DNA from: an uncultured Candidatus Saccharibacteria bacterium
GTDB lineage: Bacteria > Patescibacteriota > UBA1384 > CAYGGE01
Reading direction: 5' to 3'
Assembly: GCA_964349485.1 (NCBI GenBank)
Contig: CAYGGE010000001.1
Location: 69,204 to 133,203 of the forward strand
Length of the DNA stretch: 64,000 nucleotides
Shown: positions 46,211-57,134 of the stretch, piece by piece
Layout of the letters: every line of letters starts with the position of its first letter
Position numbering within the stretch: position 1 is the stretch's first letter
Made by a program: the position numbers and the translations under genes
The notes under the pieces: generated by a model
Told to the model about the DNA's origin: nothing
The model's database searches: none
Seen by the model: only the letters and a program-made list of their open reading frames with translations

Positions 46211-46591
46211 ATCCTGGCTGACGACGGTGATCGTCCTAGCTCGGCTTTTTTCGAGTTTGGGGATACGAACTGTTAAAACACCGTTTTTGAGGCTGGCCTC
46301 AGTCTTATCGGCATCGACGGCGACAGGCAGAATATAGCTTCGAGAAAAACTGCCCCAATAACATTCTTGACAGAAATAATTATCTCGACTCTGGGCTTGA
46401 TCATCTTGGCGCTGGCCTTTCACTGTGACCGTATCGTCGGTGACCGCTACCTCAAGATCTTCCGGCTGAACACCAGCAATTGGCGCCTTCAAGATGATAT
46501 CGTCATCGGTTTGATAAACGTCAATGGCCAGCTGACCTTCATAGTCATCAGCCAGCCAATCGGAATCTTGAGGGGTTAGGTTGTCAGCCAT
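46208..46591 (-). CDS. Hsp20/alpha-crystallin family small heat shock protein
   Basis: 127 aa ORF whose alpha-crystallin-like segment LAIDVYQTDDDIILKAPIAGVQPEDLEVAVTDDTVTVKG...GVLTVRIPK fits the Hsp20 family. Confidence 0.85.
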   Translation of the reverse strand: MADNLTPQDSDWLADDYEGQLAIDVYQTDDDIILKAPIAGVQPEDLEVAVTDDTVTVKGQRQDDQAQSRDNYFCQECYWGSFSRSYILPVAVDADKTEASLKNGVLTVRIPKLEKSRARTITVVSQD

Positions 46592-46757
46592 CGTTTACTC
46601 CTCCAGAGTAGATTGCTAATTTCTCATTAATGACGAAAATCCAAAGTAAAACAACATCCTTAAGCCATTAGAAATTAGTGATTAATCATTCTCATTGTAC
46701 CTTCTGGTTTGATCTCCTGTCAATTCTGGAGTAGGCTCTTAGTGAGGAGCGCACAAG

Positions 46758-47417
46758 TTGTTACTCGAGTGGTTATTGCCAAAACGGTGTGTCGGTTGTG
46801 GTGGGGAGGGCAACTGGCTCTGCCTGGCCTGTTTTGAAACGATTGAGCTGAAGTCTACGCCAGCTTGTGCCGACTGTCAGCGTTTAACCATAGATGGCCG
46901 TTTCTGTCGCTTTCATCGTAAAGACCATGCCTTGACTGGCCTACTTTCGGTCGATGATTTTTCGCCCGGAGTGTTACGTGAGGCAATCCACGTGCTGAAA
47001 TATAACGGCGTTCGGGAATTGGCTCATCCACTAGCTTATCTACTTTGGCAACGGTTATCGGCCTCGTCGCTGACCGGAGCCCTAATCTTACCGGTACCTC
47101 TCCACCCGAAACGAGAGTCTCTGCGTGGCTTCAACCAAGCGGCATTACTCGCTAGAGGTCTGCCAGCAGTCGATATGACGATCTTGGTTAAGTACCGGGC
47201 AACTACACCTCAAGCCGATCTTGACCACATTAAACGAAAAACAAATCTGACGGGTGCGTTTGGTATCAGACAGGAGTCAGCCGGCAAAATTATTGGTAAA
47301 AAGATTATTTTAGTCGACGACGTCTCGACAACCGGTGCCACACTCGACATGATCGCCGATCTACTGAGGCATCATGGTGCAAGACAGGTTTGGGGTTTAG
47401 TGCTGGCTAAAGGCTGA
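46758..47417 (+). CDS. comFC: ComF family phosphoribosyltransferase-domain protein (ComFC)
   Basis: N-terminal CxxC...CxxC zinc finger and PRTase motif IILVDDVSTTGATL. TTG start after GAGGAG. Confidence 0.8.
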   Translation: MLLEWLLPKRCVGCGGEGNWLCLACFETIELKSTPACADCQRLTIDGRFCRFHRKDHALTGLLSVDDFSPGVLREAIHVLKYNGVRELAHPLAYLLWQRLSASSLTGALILPVPLHPKRESLRGFNQAALLARGLPAVDMTILVKYRATTPQADLDHIKRKTNLTGAFGIRQESAGKIIGKKIILVDDVSTTGATLDMIADLLRHHGARQVWGLVLAKG

Positions 47418-47430
47418 ATTCGTGTATGAG

Positions 47431-48189
47431 TTAGTTGCCATGGGCAAATCGGATCAGAGCGCCGATTAGGACGACACTACTGATTAAGATGGCGAGCACA
47501 CGATAAAGGTGTTTATGACCGGCTAAGTGATGAATTTCGGGGATAATGTCCGAAGCGCCAATATATATAAAAATACCGGCGGCGGAAGCCAAGAAATATG
47601 GCAGTGACGATTCAAGCTGTTGGCCAAGGCTATAGGCAAACAAGGCGCCGATGACGGTGAGCAGTGACTGTAAGATGTTGATAACAATGACCTTACTTTT
47701 TGTCCAACCTTGATTCAACAAGATGCTGAAATCGCCAATCTCTTGAGGGATCTCGTGGGCGGCCACGGCAATGGCAGTGATTAGGCCAAGTGAAGGACTG
47801 GCGAGGTAAGCTAGACCTATGACAATACCGTCAAGAAAGTTATGGATGCTATCGCCGACGATGATCAAGACCGGCAAACTCTCGGTATGGTCGGCATGTT
47901 GGTGGTTCGTTGATTCGTGTGTATGAAAGTAACGCATCAGGACTCGTTCAAGGGTAAAGAAGAAGAGAAATCCAGCGACTAAAGCATACATAAGACTCTG
48001 AGGTTCGTCAGTCAGCTCAAGGGCTTCAGGTAATAGATCGAGAAAACTGGCTGCCAAGAAAGCGCCGGCAGCGAAGGTCATGAGTGGTAAGGTATACCGT
48101 TTGACGATGTCGGCTCGCCAAATCAGCACTAAACCGCCAAGTAGCGAGAATAGTCCACCGACTAAACTATAGAGAATGAGCTGACTCAT
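47431..48189 (-). CDS. zupT: ZIP family zinc transporter
   Basis: HEIPQEIGDFSILL signature and multiple TM helices. Confidence 0.85.
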   Translation of the reverse strand: MSQLILYSLVGGLFSLLGGLVLIWRADIVKRYTLPLMTFAAGAFLAASFLDLLPEALELTDEPQSLMYALVAGFLFFFTLERVLMRYFHTHESTNHQHADHTESLPVLIIVGDSIHNFLDGIVIGLAYLASPSLGLITAIAVAAHEIPQEIGDFSILLNQGWTKSKVIVINILQSLLTVIGALFAYSLGQQLESSLPYFLASAAGIFIYIGASDIIPEIHHLAGHKHLYRVLAILISSVVLIGALIRFAHGN

Positions 48190-48590
48190 ACGGCCTCTTT
48201 CTGTTGGCAGGGCGAACAGGTGCCCTGTAATTCTATTGAATGACGATTGATTCGAAACCCAGTCTGTTTGCTAACGCGCGACTGATTAAAGTCGATAACT
48301 TTGTCGTCGATATCAGTCACTCCGCCGCAATCATCACAGACGATATGGTGGTGGTGGGGCAGGTCAGCCCATTCGTAACGGCTACCCCGCTCTCGCCAAT
48401 CAACACGGATTACTTTCCCCTCCTCCTCAAGTTTCTGAAGGATACGATAGACTGTCGAAAAAGCCGTCTTTGGTAATGACATCTTAATAAACAGATGGAG
48501 CTCACCCAAAGCGATCGGTGCGGCAAAAGACTGCAAAATCTGGCTAACCGCTTGTTTGGTCTGGGTGCTACGTTCTAGTTTAGTATTCAT
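48186..48590 (-). CDS. zur: Fur-family metalloregulator (Zur-like)
   Basis: HHHIVCDDCGGV ... CSPC metal-binding motifs. 4-nt overlap with zupT (operon). Confidence 0.8.
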   Translation of the reverse strand: MNTKLERSTQTKQAVSQILQSFAAPIALGELHLFIKMSLPKTAFSTVYRILQKLEEEGKVIRVDWRERGSRYEWADLPHHHHIVCDDCGGVTDIDDKVIDFNQSRVSKQTGFRINRHSIELQGTCSPCQQKEAV

Positions 48591-48752
48591 ACTCTGACTA
48601 TACCAGAGGAAACATAATGATGCAACTAATTTGCAATAGACCGAGTTAAAGCTTATCAGGGTTACGCCCTGATAATGGGCTGAAAAACAAGGAGACTCCC
48701 TGCACAGGGAGTCTCCTTGTTATAAATTAAGGCCTCAAATACCGGGAGACGA

Positions 48753-50954
48753 TCACTGCTGGTCGAACCCATCCATCGATTGACCGGGCAGGGCTTGTTT
48801 GATCGATAAGGAGATGCGGCCGCGTTCGGGGTCGACGGCCGTTACTTTCACGGTCACTGCTTGGCCGACTTTGACGACTGAGCTGACATCGGGGACTCGG
48901 TCGGTTGATAACTCTGAGATGTGGACCATGCCGTCTTTGCCCGGTAGAAACTCGACAATCGCGCCGATCTCTTTACCGGAGTTGCGGTCTTTGATAATGT
49001 CGGCCACTTTACCGGCATAAATCTCGCCGACTTTAACTTCTTTCGTCATGCCTTCAATGGCGGCTTTAGCTTTTGCAGCAGCAACCGGATCGGTTGAAGC
49101 GATGGAGACCGTACCATCGTCGTCGATGTCGACGCTGACCAGTTCTTTACCACCGGCATCGTCAACGATCTTCTTGATGTTCTTCCCGCCAGGACCGATC
49201 AGAGAACCGATTTTATCGATCGGAATCTGAACGGTAATGATTCGTGGGGCATACTTAGACAGCTCGGCTCGAGGAGCCGCAATGACCGCTTCGATCTTAT
49301 CGAGGATGCTTTCGCGAGCGGTTTTGGCTTTGGCGAATGTCTCGTCGATGATCGCTTCGGACAGACCGGCAAGTTTGGTATCCATCTGAATTGCCGTGAT
49401 CCCTTTGCGGGTCCCAGCAATCTTGAAGTCCATGTCGCCGGCAAAGTCTTCGATGCCTTGGATGTCGGTTAAGACTTGGTACTTGCCAATGTCGCCATGT
49501 TTGTCACGTTTGCCATCTTCACTCTCGGTAATTAAACCGATTGCAATACCGGCAACGGGGGCGGTGATTGGGACGCCAGCATCCATAAGGGCCAAAGTTG
49601 AACCACAAGTGGCGGCCATACTTGAAGAACCGTTACTGGCTAAGATTTCGGAAACGAGGCGGATGGTGTAGGGGAAGGTGTCTTTGGTGGGGATCACGGG
49701 AAGTAGAGCCCGTTCGGCTAAAGCGCCGTGGCCGATATCGCGACGACTGGCGCCACGCATCGGTTTAACTTCACCGACCGAGAACGGTGGGAAGTTGTAG
49801 TGGTGCATGTAGCGCTTCTCGCCTTCAAGCTCCATGGTGTCGATCAGCTGCTCTTCACCTGGCCCGCCGAGGGTGGCGATGGTCAGGGCTTGGGTTTGGC
49901 CGCGGTTAAAGAGGGCCGAACCGTGGGTTCGTGGGAGTAAACCAACTTCCATGCTAATGGGGCGAATTTCGTCGATCGCTCGGCCATCTGGTCGTTCGCT
50001 ACGTTCAATAATCGCTTTTCGGACATGGGCTTCGACAAGGGCGGCAAAAGCGGTCGCTAATTCGCTCTGTTTGAACTTACCTTCATGCGTCTTCAGGACT
50101 TCAGCTTCGACGATCGCGATATTGGCTTCGCGGATGGTCTTGTCCTTCTCGCTAATTAGTTCTGCTAGTCGGCTACCAGCAGTATCTTTGATGGCGTCGA
50201 GGATAGGATCATCAGCATGTTCGTCGACAATGATTTTTGTGTCATTGAGTAACGGCATTTGCAATTCGATCATGGGTTGCATCCCGACATGGGCAAATTT
50301 AAGGGCAGCGATCATGATGTTTTCGGCAACTTCTGTGGCCCCGGCTTCAATCATGATAATCCGTTCTCGGGTTCCAGCGACGGTTAGATCAAGGGCTGAC
50401 ACTTCACGTTCGGCAGCAGTTGGGTTCAAAACGAGGCGATGTTTCAGGTCATTATGAGAAAATTCACCCATTTCATCGGGTACTAAACCTACACGAGCAC
50501 CAGCAACCGGGCCAGAGAACGGTGCGGTAGTCATCATCAGCGCAGCAGACGCTCCGGTAATGGCAGCGACATCGGGATCGTTGTCGCCGTCGATCGAGAG
50601 GATGGTGCAGATAACTTGAACGTCACATTTAAACTTTTTAGGAAATAACGGCCGAAGTGGTCGGTCAATGAGGCGGGCATTTAAAATGGCCGCTTCAGAC
50701 GGTCGGCCTTCCCGTTTGATAAATCGGCTACCGGAAATTTTGCCGGCCGCGTAAAGACGCTCTTCATAGTCGACCATGAGGGGGAAATAATCAATTCCCT
50801 CGCGTGGTTCGGCACCGGAAACGGCGGTGGCCAAGACGACAGTATCCCCGTACCGAACGGTGACGGCCCCGTGGGCCAGACCGGCTAAACGCCCGGTCTC
50901 AAGCGTAAAAGGACGTCCAGCGACGTCAACCGAATAGTTTTTGATTTCTGCCAT
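48753..50954 (-). CDS. pnp: Polyribonucleotide nucleotidyltransferase (PNPase)
   Basis: 733 aa. N-terminus [35 protein letters not shown]1 C-terminal region. Confidence 0.95.
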   Translation of the reverse strand: MAEIKNYSVDVAGRPFTLETGRLAGLAHGAVTVRYGDTVVLATAVSGAEPREGIDYFPLMVDYEERLYAAGKISGSRFIKREGRPSEAAILNARLIDRPLRPLFPKKFKCDVQVICTILSIDGDNDPDVAAITGASAALMMTTAPFSGPVAGARVGLVPDEMGEFSHNDLKHRLVLNPTAAEREVSALDLTVAGTRERIIMIEAGATEVAENIMIAALKFAHVGMQPMIELQMPLLNDTKIIVDEHADDPILDAIKDTAGSRLAELISEKDKTIREANIAIVEAEVLKTHEGKFKQSELATAFAALVEAHVRKAIIERSERPDGRAIDEIRPISMEVGLLPRTHGSALFNRGQTQALTIATLGGPGEEQLIDTMELEGEKRYMHHYNFPPFSVGEVKPMRGASRRDIGHGALAERALLPVIPTKDTFPYTIRLVSEILASNGSSSMAATCGSTLALMDAGVPITAPVAGIAIGLITESEDGKRDKHGDIGKYQVLTDIQGIEDFAGDMDFKIAGTRKGITAIQMDTKLAGLSEAIIDETFAKAKTARESILDKIEAVIAAPRAELSKYAPRIITVQIPIDKIGSLIGPGGKNIKKIVDDAGGKELVSVDIDDDGTVSIASTDPVAAAKAKAAIEGMTKEVKVGEIYAGKVADIIKDRNSGKEIGAIVEFLPGKDGMVHISELSTDRVPDVSSVVKVGQAVTVKVTAVDPERGRISLSIKQALPGQSMDGFDQQ

Positions 50955-51100
50955 TATGCAGTCCTTTATCTCCCGTTTGTGTCAGAGTACGAGGAGAAAG
51001 ATTGAGGGTCTGAAACACGTACGGGTTACTTACTTCAATACGCTCATTCTTTCCTAACGATAGTATATCAAATAACAGGTGAAAGTAAAGTGCTACTTAG

Positions 51101-52834
51101 CTACCAGCTTCCGCCGCCGCCGCCGCCGAAACCGCCGCCTGAGAAACCGCCACCGCCTGATCCACTGCCGCCGGGGGTGGCGGCCATGGCTTGGGAAAGA
51201 CTGGAGGAGAAATTGCTGACTGTGCTGGCGAAAGCGACGGTATGGAATGGATGAGGACTGACGTACCAGACTGGTTGAGGTGGGGTTAGCTCGAGCTTTT
51301 CCATGGCTTTGGCTAGTTTCTTGGTCGATCTAAAAACGATAGCGTAGGGTAGGATCTCGGTATATCGATTCTCCTGCTCAGCAAACTGGGCCCGGTATTT
51401 TTCGGCAGTGTTGATAAACAGTTCAAAGCCCTTCGCTTGGCGATACAGTTCGCTGCCTTTTTGCGTTCTGGCTGGCATCGACCAGGCGGTTGTTATCAGG
51501 GTTAGCCCCAAAGGAACAAGACCAAGACCACTACCCAGTAGCAGTTGTAAGATAGTTACTGGAAAGACTTGGCTTTGGCTGCCGACAAGCCACATCGCCA
51601 CAATTCCGATTACGAAAAACATAATACCGAAGAGAATCTGTTTATTACGTATGTGATCTGGATTGCTAACGAACAAGCCTTTTTCAGTCACTTCGATGTA
51701 AAGCAGCTTCTTTACTTCATAGAGGTCGAAAACAAAATCCTTACTCAGGGCTGAAAGACGTACCTCAGTTTTTTTCTTGAAGATCTTCTCGAGAAGTTTT
51801 TGCTCATAACGAAGTAGGTTGCTTAATTCTTTATCTGTACGATTGAAGATATAATCAGTTTCGCCGAACAGCCATTTTTTCGGTTCTTCAGTAATTGTGA
51901 GGTAGCCCCTTACCGCAAGATCAACAATGGTGGCGCTCACATCGAGTGTATCGGCTCGTTCGTCAACTAGCAGGCCGATCTCAGCGGGTCGAAGGCTTGC
52001 CGGGGCGTCGTACTCAGCGACGATTGTCGTCTTCCCTGAACTTCGATCTCGTCCCCCAGCTAACCATCGTCGGATGACCCAGATGACTCCCAGGATGAAA
52101 ATTACAATGCTACTGGCTAAGGCCACCGGGGAGACTAGGGCATCAATCGGATCTGGTGGTGTGGCAACCAAGAGGATCGGTACTAAGCCTTTTGTATAGC
52201 CCACGGCGATAGTCAGGCCTTCACCAATCATTAGTTCGCGAGAGCTCTTGAAAGTGACTTGACTCTCGGTTGTTAGGTCGGTGGTACATCTCTCACTACT
52301 CCCAGTACTGCCTTCATAGCAAGCAATCTGCAAGATGCCGTCTGCCGGGAGGCGAACAGTCGCTCTAGCCTGTTTGATCGGAACCTCCCACTGGTCGCCG
52401 GTCACGTTCCAATACAGCTCGTCATAATCTGTAAAACTGCTCAGGATACCTGCCGCTGTGTAGTGGATCGTATATTGACGAGGTCCCGTAATCGTCAAAC
52501 CTGGATCGCCGATCTGCACGCGAATATCATTTTCATTTTGTGAAGTCTCATAGGTTGCCTCCGTCCCGTCTTGACTCACTGAATTCACCGACAACTCTGT
52601 CGAAGTGACCTTTGTACCATCGGAGTAACGATAGGGAATATCGCGGTAGATGCCGTGCTTTGACGTGTTGCCGAAGTCGACGTCGATTGTTTCGATTATA
52701 CTCACGGTGCCGTCGGCGTTAACCGTGATATCACTTTGAAAGTTTTCGATAGTCCAGTCGGCTGCCTGTGCTTGTCCTGGCCAGACGAGACAGACCGACA
52801 AGCAGATAGCACTGGCAATCAGTAAGTTTTTCAT
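51101..52834 (-). CDS. DUF2207-like membrane protein with an extracellular N-terminal domain, several TM helices and a C-terminal poly-Gly tail
   Basis: ORF track 51101..52939. ATG at 52834 (AAGGAAAG RBS, signal peptide MKNLLIASAICLSVCLV) sits 11 nt after the upstream stop. C-terminus GGSGSGGGGFSGGGFGGGGGGSW. Confidence 0.5.
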   Translation of the reverse strand: MKNLLIASAICLSVCLVWPGQAQAADWTIENFQSDITVNADGTVSIIETIDVDFGNTSKHGIYRDIPYRYSDGTKVTSTELSVNSVSQDGTEATYETSQNENDIRVQIGDPGLTITGPRQYTIHYTAAGILSSFTDYDELYWNVTGDQWEVPIKQARATVRLPADGILQIACYEGSTGSSERCTTDLTTESQVTFKSSRELMIGEGLTIAVGYTKGLVPILLVATPPDPIDALVSPVALASSIVIFILGVIWVIRRWLAGGRDRSSGKTTIVAEYDAPASLRPAEIGLLVDERADTLDVSATIVDLAVRGYLTITEEPKKWLFGETDYIFNRTDKELSNLLRYEQKLLEKIFKKKTEVRLSALSKDFVFDLYEVKKLLYIEVTEKGLFVSNPDHIRNKQILFGIMFFVIGIVAMWLVGSQSQVFPVTILQLLLGSGLGLVPLGLTLITTAWSMPARTQKGSELYRQAKGFELFINTAEKYRAQFAEQENRYTEILPYAIVFRSTKKLAKAMEKLELTPPQPVWYVSPHPFHTVAFASTVSNFSSSLSQAMAATPGGSGSGGGGFSGGGFGGGGGGSW

Positions 52835-52844
52835 CGTACTTTCC

Positions 52845-54593
52845 TTATTCACTAGCGAAACTGCCAGCTTGGATATTCCATAATTTTTGATAAGTCCCTT
52901 GATTGACCTTGAGGAGTTCATGATGTGTCCCTTCCTCAATGACCTTGCCTTTTTGGATCACGACAATTCGATCCATCTGCATAATTGTTGACAGGCGATG
53001 GGCGATCACAATCGTTGTTCGGCCCGCCATCAAGTCGTGCAGTGCACCTTGAATAAAGCGCTCACTTTCGGAATCTAGACTGCTGGTCGCCTCGTCTAAC
53101 AGGATGATTGGAGCGTCTTTTAGCATTGCTCTGGCGATCGCAACTCTCTGGCGTTCACCACCGGAAAGTTTAACTCCTCGTTCACCGACTAATGTCTCAT
53201 ACTTTTCGGGGAAAGAGCTGATAAACTCATGACAATGGGCCAACTTTGCCGCTTTGATGACCTCATCGTCAGTTGCGTCTGGCTTAGCGTAACGGATGTT
53301 CTCTAATAAGCTACGGTGAAAAAGAATCGGCTCTTGGGGCACTAAGGCGATCTGACTGCGTAGGCTATCTTGAGTAACCATCGCAATATTCTGGTTATCG
53401 ATGAAGATTTCACCGGACTTGATGTCTAGAAAACGCAGTAGTAATTTGATAATCGTCGACTTGCCGCCACCTGATGGGCCGATCAAGGCAACTCGTTCGC
53501 CTGGCTTTACAGTTAAATTGAAATTTCGTAAAACAGGTCTTTTCTGATTGTAAGCGAACTGGGTATTGCTAAAAACGATCGAACCGGCAGTGACCTGCAA
53601 CTCAGGTGCCGCTTCGATATCGGCTACCTCGTGAGGGGTAACCAGAATCTCAGTCATCTCGTTAGCATCGGCCAAACTTTCAAAAATCTTCTGAATATTA
53701 CGGCCAATGTCCCAGGTTGAACGGAAAATTTTTATCACGTAGGCTTGGATCAGCGCAAAGTCGCCGATGGTTAACATCCCTCTTTGCCAAAGACTAATGG
53801 CAATCCAGATAATAGAGAACTCTAAGATGATCATGAGTCCGCTTTGAACTGCTTCACCGACTGACTCAATTCGCCAAACTAACCAACGGCTCCGAAAAAG
53901 TCGCTCGGTTAGCTGGGAGAAGCTCTTGAATTCAAAATCGAAATTGCTAAACAGTTTAATATTGATATTGTTGGTTAAGGTATCGGCCAGGTAGCCACTG
54001 ACTTGGGTGTCAACTTGGGCACGCTTTACATCAAATTTCAACTTATACTTCATAAAGAACCATAAGAAGAGGAGGTAACCGATCATCCAGGCTAGCAGGA
54101 CCGCGGCAAGTATCCAGTGTCTAGAGATCAGTACGGTTAAAATAAATAGGACCGACAGGGTTGTGGGCCAGAGATTCCAAATAATCTTATCACTGACGTT
54201 CTCAAATGACTTACTATAACGATTGACTCGGCGAACTAGGCTGCCAGTGAAATTGCTATTGAAATAATTATAAGAATGGCCATGGATGTAGCGAAAACAG
54301 CTGTTATAGAGATCAGCGGTCAGTCGAGAGACAAAGAAACTGTCGGCAAAGGTCGCCGTTCGCCAGCCGGTCCACTGAATAATTAGGGCAAGCAAGATCA
54401 TTGTCACGGTGTTATAGGGAGTTACCGTGTCGCCGCCGACTAATTGGTTAAGCAAGTCCTTGTAGAGTATTGGCTGGTAAACATCGCTGATTATACCTAA
54501 AGCGCTACCCGCCAAGACAGCAACAATTGCAAGTTGTTGCTTACTTGCATGTTGCCAATATATTCGCAATGTTTCTTTAGTATAGTTTTTCAC
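52845..54593 (-). CDS. ABC transporter, fused permease/ATP-binding exporter (MsbA-like)
   Basis: Walker A GPSGGGKST, ABC signature LSGGERQRVAIARA, Walker B ILLDEATS. N-terminal 6-TM domain. Confidence 0.9.
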   Translation of the reverse strand: MKNYTKETLRIYWQHASKQQLAIVAVLAGSALGIISDVYQPILYKDLLNQLVGGDTVTPYNTVTMILLALIIQWTGWRTATFADSFFVSRLTADLYNSCFRYIHGHSYNYFNSNFTGSLVRRVNRYSKSFENVSDKIIWNLWPTTLSVLFILTVLISRHWILAAVLLAWMIGYLLFLWFFMKYKLKFDVKRAQVDTQVSGYLADTLTNNINIKLFSNFDFEFKSFSQLTERLFRSRWLVWRIESVGEAVQSGLMIILEFSIIWIAISLWQRGMLTIGDFALIQAYVIKIFRSTWDIGRNIQKIFESLADANEMTEILVTPHEVADIEAAPELQVTAGSIVFSNTQFAYNQKRPVLRNFNLTVKPGERVALIGPSGGGKSTIIKLLLRFLDIKSGEIFIDNQNIAMVTQDSLRSQIALVPQEPILFHRSLLENIRYAKPDATDDEVIKAAKLAHCHEFISSFPEKYETLVGERGVKLSGGERQRVAIARAMLKDAPIILLDEATSSLDSESERFIQGALHDLMAGRTTIVIAHRLSTIMQMDRIVVIQKGKVIEEGTHHELLKVNQGTYQKLWNIQAGSFASE

Positions 54594-54638
54594 GACTACA
54601 TTTTAGTATACGTGATTGTTATTAATTTGTCTGTTGCA

Positions 54639-54682
54639 TAAAAAAACAGTGTCTTCGTTAACGAAGACACTGTTTTTTTATC
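54639..54682. terminator. Palindromic terminator AAAAAAACAGTGTCTTCGTTAACGAAGACACTGTTTTTTT downstream of rpsO
   Basis: Perfect long inverted repeat flanked by A and T runs. Confidence 0.8.
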
Positions 54683-54684
54683 GG

Positions 54685-54951
54685 CTACTTGCGTAAGCCC
54701 AGATCGGCAATCAGTTTGTCGTAGGCTTTTTGGTCGTGTTTTTTGACGTAGTTGAGCAAGCGACGGCGCTTACCAACCATCATGAGCAGGCCGCGACGGG
54801 AATCATGATCTTTCTTATGGAGCTGGAGGTGGGCTGATAGGTCAGCAATTTTTTGGGTTAGAAGGGCGATCTGGACTCCGGTACTGCCGGTATCTTTCTT
54901 ATTGGTTTGATACTTGGTGATCAAATCTTTTCTATCGGTCGTTTCCGCCAT
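54685..54951 (-). CDS. rpsO: 30S ribosomal protein S15
   Basis: 88 aa. LTQKIADLSAHLQLHKKDHDSRRGLLMMVGKRRRLLNYV matches S15. Confidence 0.95.
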   Translation of the reverse strand: MAETTDRKDLITKYQTNKKDTGSTGVQIALLTQKIADLSAHLQLHKKDHDSRRGLLMMVGKRRRLLNYVKKHDQKAYDKLIADLGLRK

Positions 54952-55092
54952 TGTGTGTCCTTTTGTGATGCATCACAGTAAGCCTTGAAAGGGCAACCGT
55001 TGCATCAAATATCTTATTGGATATTGGGTCAGAGTCGACTCTCAGTAAGTATCGATTATACCTTATGAGACATAAATATGCAAGAGTTGAAT

Positions 55093-57081
55093 CTACTGTG
55101 GTGTTGGTTCAGGAGTCGGTGTGGCTTCAGGAGTCGGTGTTGGCTCAGGCGTTGGTTCCGGAGTCGGCGCTGGACCGGTACCACGATAAAATTTAGCCTG
55201 CCAGCTGGTATAACTACTTGTATAAGTCTGACTGTGGAGCGTCTTACCGTCTTTGGTGACCTTATATTTGAAGTTCGTTTTAGCCCCACCGACCGCCTTC
55301 TCTTTTTGCTTTGTTGTACCAGTTGGCAGGTTGGGTTCGTCAATATACTGAATTTCAGTTGGGGCGGCCGTAGTTGAGGTGATGAACGGTCCTTCGATTG
55401 ACGTCTTTCGTCCGTCTTTCGTCCCGAATAACTCAAAAGTTAGCCGAGTGCCTTCGACTTTGCTTTGGATCAGCATGTAGTGATCGGTGTCGTTTGTGAA
55501 CATAAAGTCAGGTGACGGGTCGTAGATGGTCGCATCGAGACCGACCAGCGTCTTGGCGTTGAGGCTAACGTAGTCTTCAGGGTCAGGACTGGGCACACGC
55601 GTCTCATAGTAGCTAACCCGAAATCGGTGATTGCGTCGCTCGTCAACTTTGAGTCCAGCATTGATGACAGCCCGAAAGAGCGTCGTGGAAACCTGACAGA
55701 GGCCACCACCCACTTCCGGAGTGAGTTGATCTTGCTTGATGACCAATTCTAGTTTGAAACCCGAAGCTTCGTCAATATTACCGAGGGACTTGACGGCCGA
55801 AAATTGTTGGCCTGGCTTCAAGATAATGCCGTTGAATAGCTTCGTACCGAGGCGGATGTTCTCTTGCCGATTGTTTGGACTCCCCTTGAAGTCAGTTTCA
55901 GAGATAGCGATCCGTTCCTTGATGCCGAGACTGGTGATATTGTCGTCACTGACGTCTGGTTTTTTGACAGTTGATTTTATGGTGACGGTGGTGAGATTGA
56001 CAGCCGCCGACGGGCTGGCCGGCGCGATACTCCCAGTCGGCGACGGCGAAATGGTTTGCGTAGCCGGCGTGGGAACTTCTTTGCGCAGGGCTAGTAACTG
56101 CAATAAGTTGTTCTTGGCATCTTCCCGATCGATTGACTTACCGTCTCGGCTCGACTCAATGATCTGGACTTGACCACCCGTAAAGGCTAGTCGAGCATTT
56201 CTGGGTTCAATCTCAAATGTTTTGATGATCGTGGCATGTAAATATTTGGTTATCTGTTCATCGTTAAAGTCGACCTCGAGCGAATATTTTAACAGTCCCT
56301 TGGTTGGTTTGGTCGTGAGCCAGCCGCCAATCGTCGAAGCTTCAGCGGTCAAGTTCTGTCCCCTGTCGGTAAAAGTGATGGGGGAGGCCATGATGGCTTC
56401 GGCAACCTGCTTGGCTACCTGGGCAGCGGCATCGTCGACTTTTGGTTTTACCGACAACAGCTTCAAATTGACTGTCTCAATCTTCTCGTTTCCGAGGGCC
56501 GCCCGGACGTCGCGGTCGAGGCGGGTCTTGTCGACGATGTTCCCGATGACTGCGGCCGATGTTTTAACGACGCCATTCTTAATCACCAGATCGGCATCTT
56601 TTTCAGTCACCGTAACTGCCTCGACGACTGTCGCGAGCGCTTCAGAGAACTTTGCCTCATCGGTCCGAATTGAAGCTGGTAGCTCGAGGCCAAAGAACGG
56701 GACCGTTAGTTTTTGAGTCAGGTTAGTCAGGAAGTCCTTATCGCGACCTACCGTATAGGCGCGCTTGACCGACTCGTCGATGTCGTAACTCGCCGTTACG
56801 TCCTCTGGTTTTATCGTGAATGACCGATTGTCATTGGTCACAATGATCGTCGTACCGATGCTCCGCTTGGCTAGTCCTTCAGCTAGGCGTTGCTTGGCTT
56901 CGGCCTCGCCAAGACTACCAAGCGCAATCCCAGCGACGTTGACTCGAGGGTAGATCTGTTTGGCGTAGCTGACTGAATACACGCCAAAGAGGATGGCCAC
57001 GACACCAACAAGACTAGCTAGGTAGATAGCAAGGATTCGCGGCCACGATTTATGGGCTGGTTTTGTCTGTTTGTCTTTCAT
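55093..57081 (-). CDS. VanW-family protein with a C-terminal PT/PE repeat tail
   Basis: VanW signature GGGLCQVSTTLFRAVINAGL. N-terminal TM. C-terminus PTPEPTPEPTPTPEATPTPEPTPQ. Confidence 0.8.
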   Translation of the reverse strand: MKDKQTKPAHKSWPRILAIYLASLVGVVAILFGVYSVSYAKQIYPRVNVAGIALGSLGEAEAKQRLAEGLAKRSIGTTIIVTNDNRSFTIKPEDVTASYDIDESVKRAYTVGRDKDFLTNLTQKLTVPFFGLELPASIRTDEAKFSEALATVVEAVTVTEKDADLVIKNGVVKTSAAVIGNIVDKTRLDRDVRAALGNEKIETVNLKLLSVKPKVDDAAAQVAKQVAEAIMASPITFTDRGQNLTAEASTIGGWLTTKPTKGLLKYSLEVDFNDEQITKYLHATIIKTFEIEPRNARLAFTGGQVQIIESSRDGKSIDREDAKNNLLQLLALRKEVPTPATQTISPSPTGSIAPASPSAAVNLTTVTIKSTVKKPDVSDDNITSLGIKERIAISETDFKGSPNNRQENIRLGTKLFNGIILKPGQQFSAVKSLGNIDEASGFKLELVIKQDQLTPEVGGGLCQVSTTLFRAVINAGLKVDERRNHRFRVSYYETRVPSPDPEDYVSLNAKTLVGLDATIYDPSPDFMFTNDTDHYMLIQSKVEGTRLTFELFGTKDGRKTSIEGPFITSTTAAPTEIQYIDEPNLPTGTTKQKEKAVGGAKTNFKYKVTKDGKTLHSQTYTSSYTSWQAKFYRGTGPAPTPEPTPEPTPTPEATPTPEPTPQ

Positions 57082-57134
57082 TGCTCGCTTCTATTATATG
57101 GGTCGGCACATACCCTGTAAACCCCAAGGTTTAA

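Noticed and set aside
48799-50457. Several ORFs of up to 207 aa inside pnp
   Set aside because: PNPase is unmistakable, and the opposite-frame ORFs have low-complexity, Ser/Arg-rich translations.
55736-56716. Plus-strand ORFs of 145 and 164 aa inside the VanW gene
   Set aside because: They are antisense to a gene with a clear VanW signature, and their translations are Ser/Thr/Ala low-complexity.
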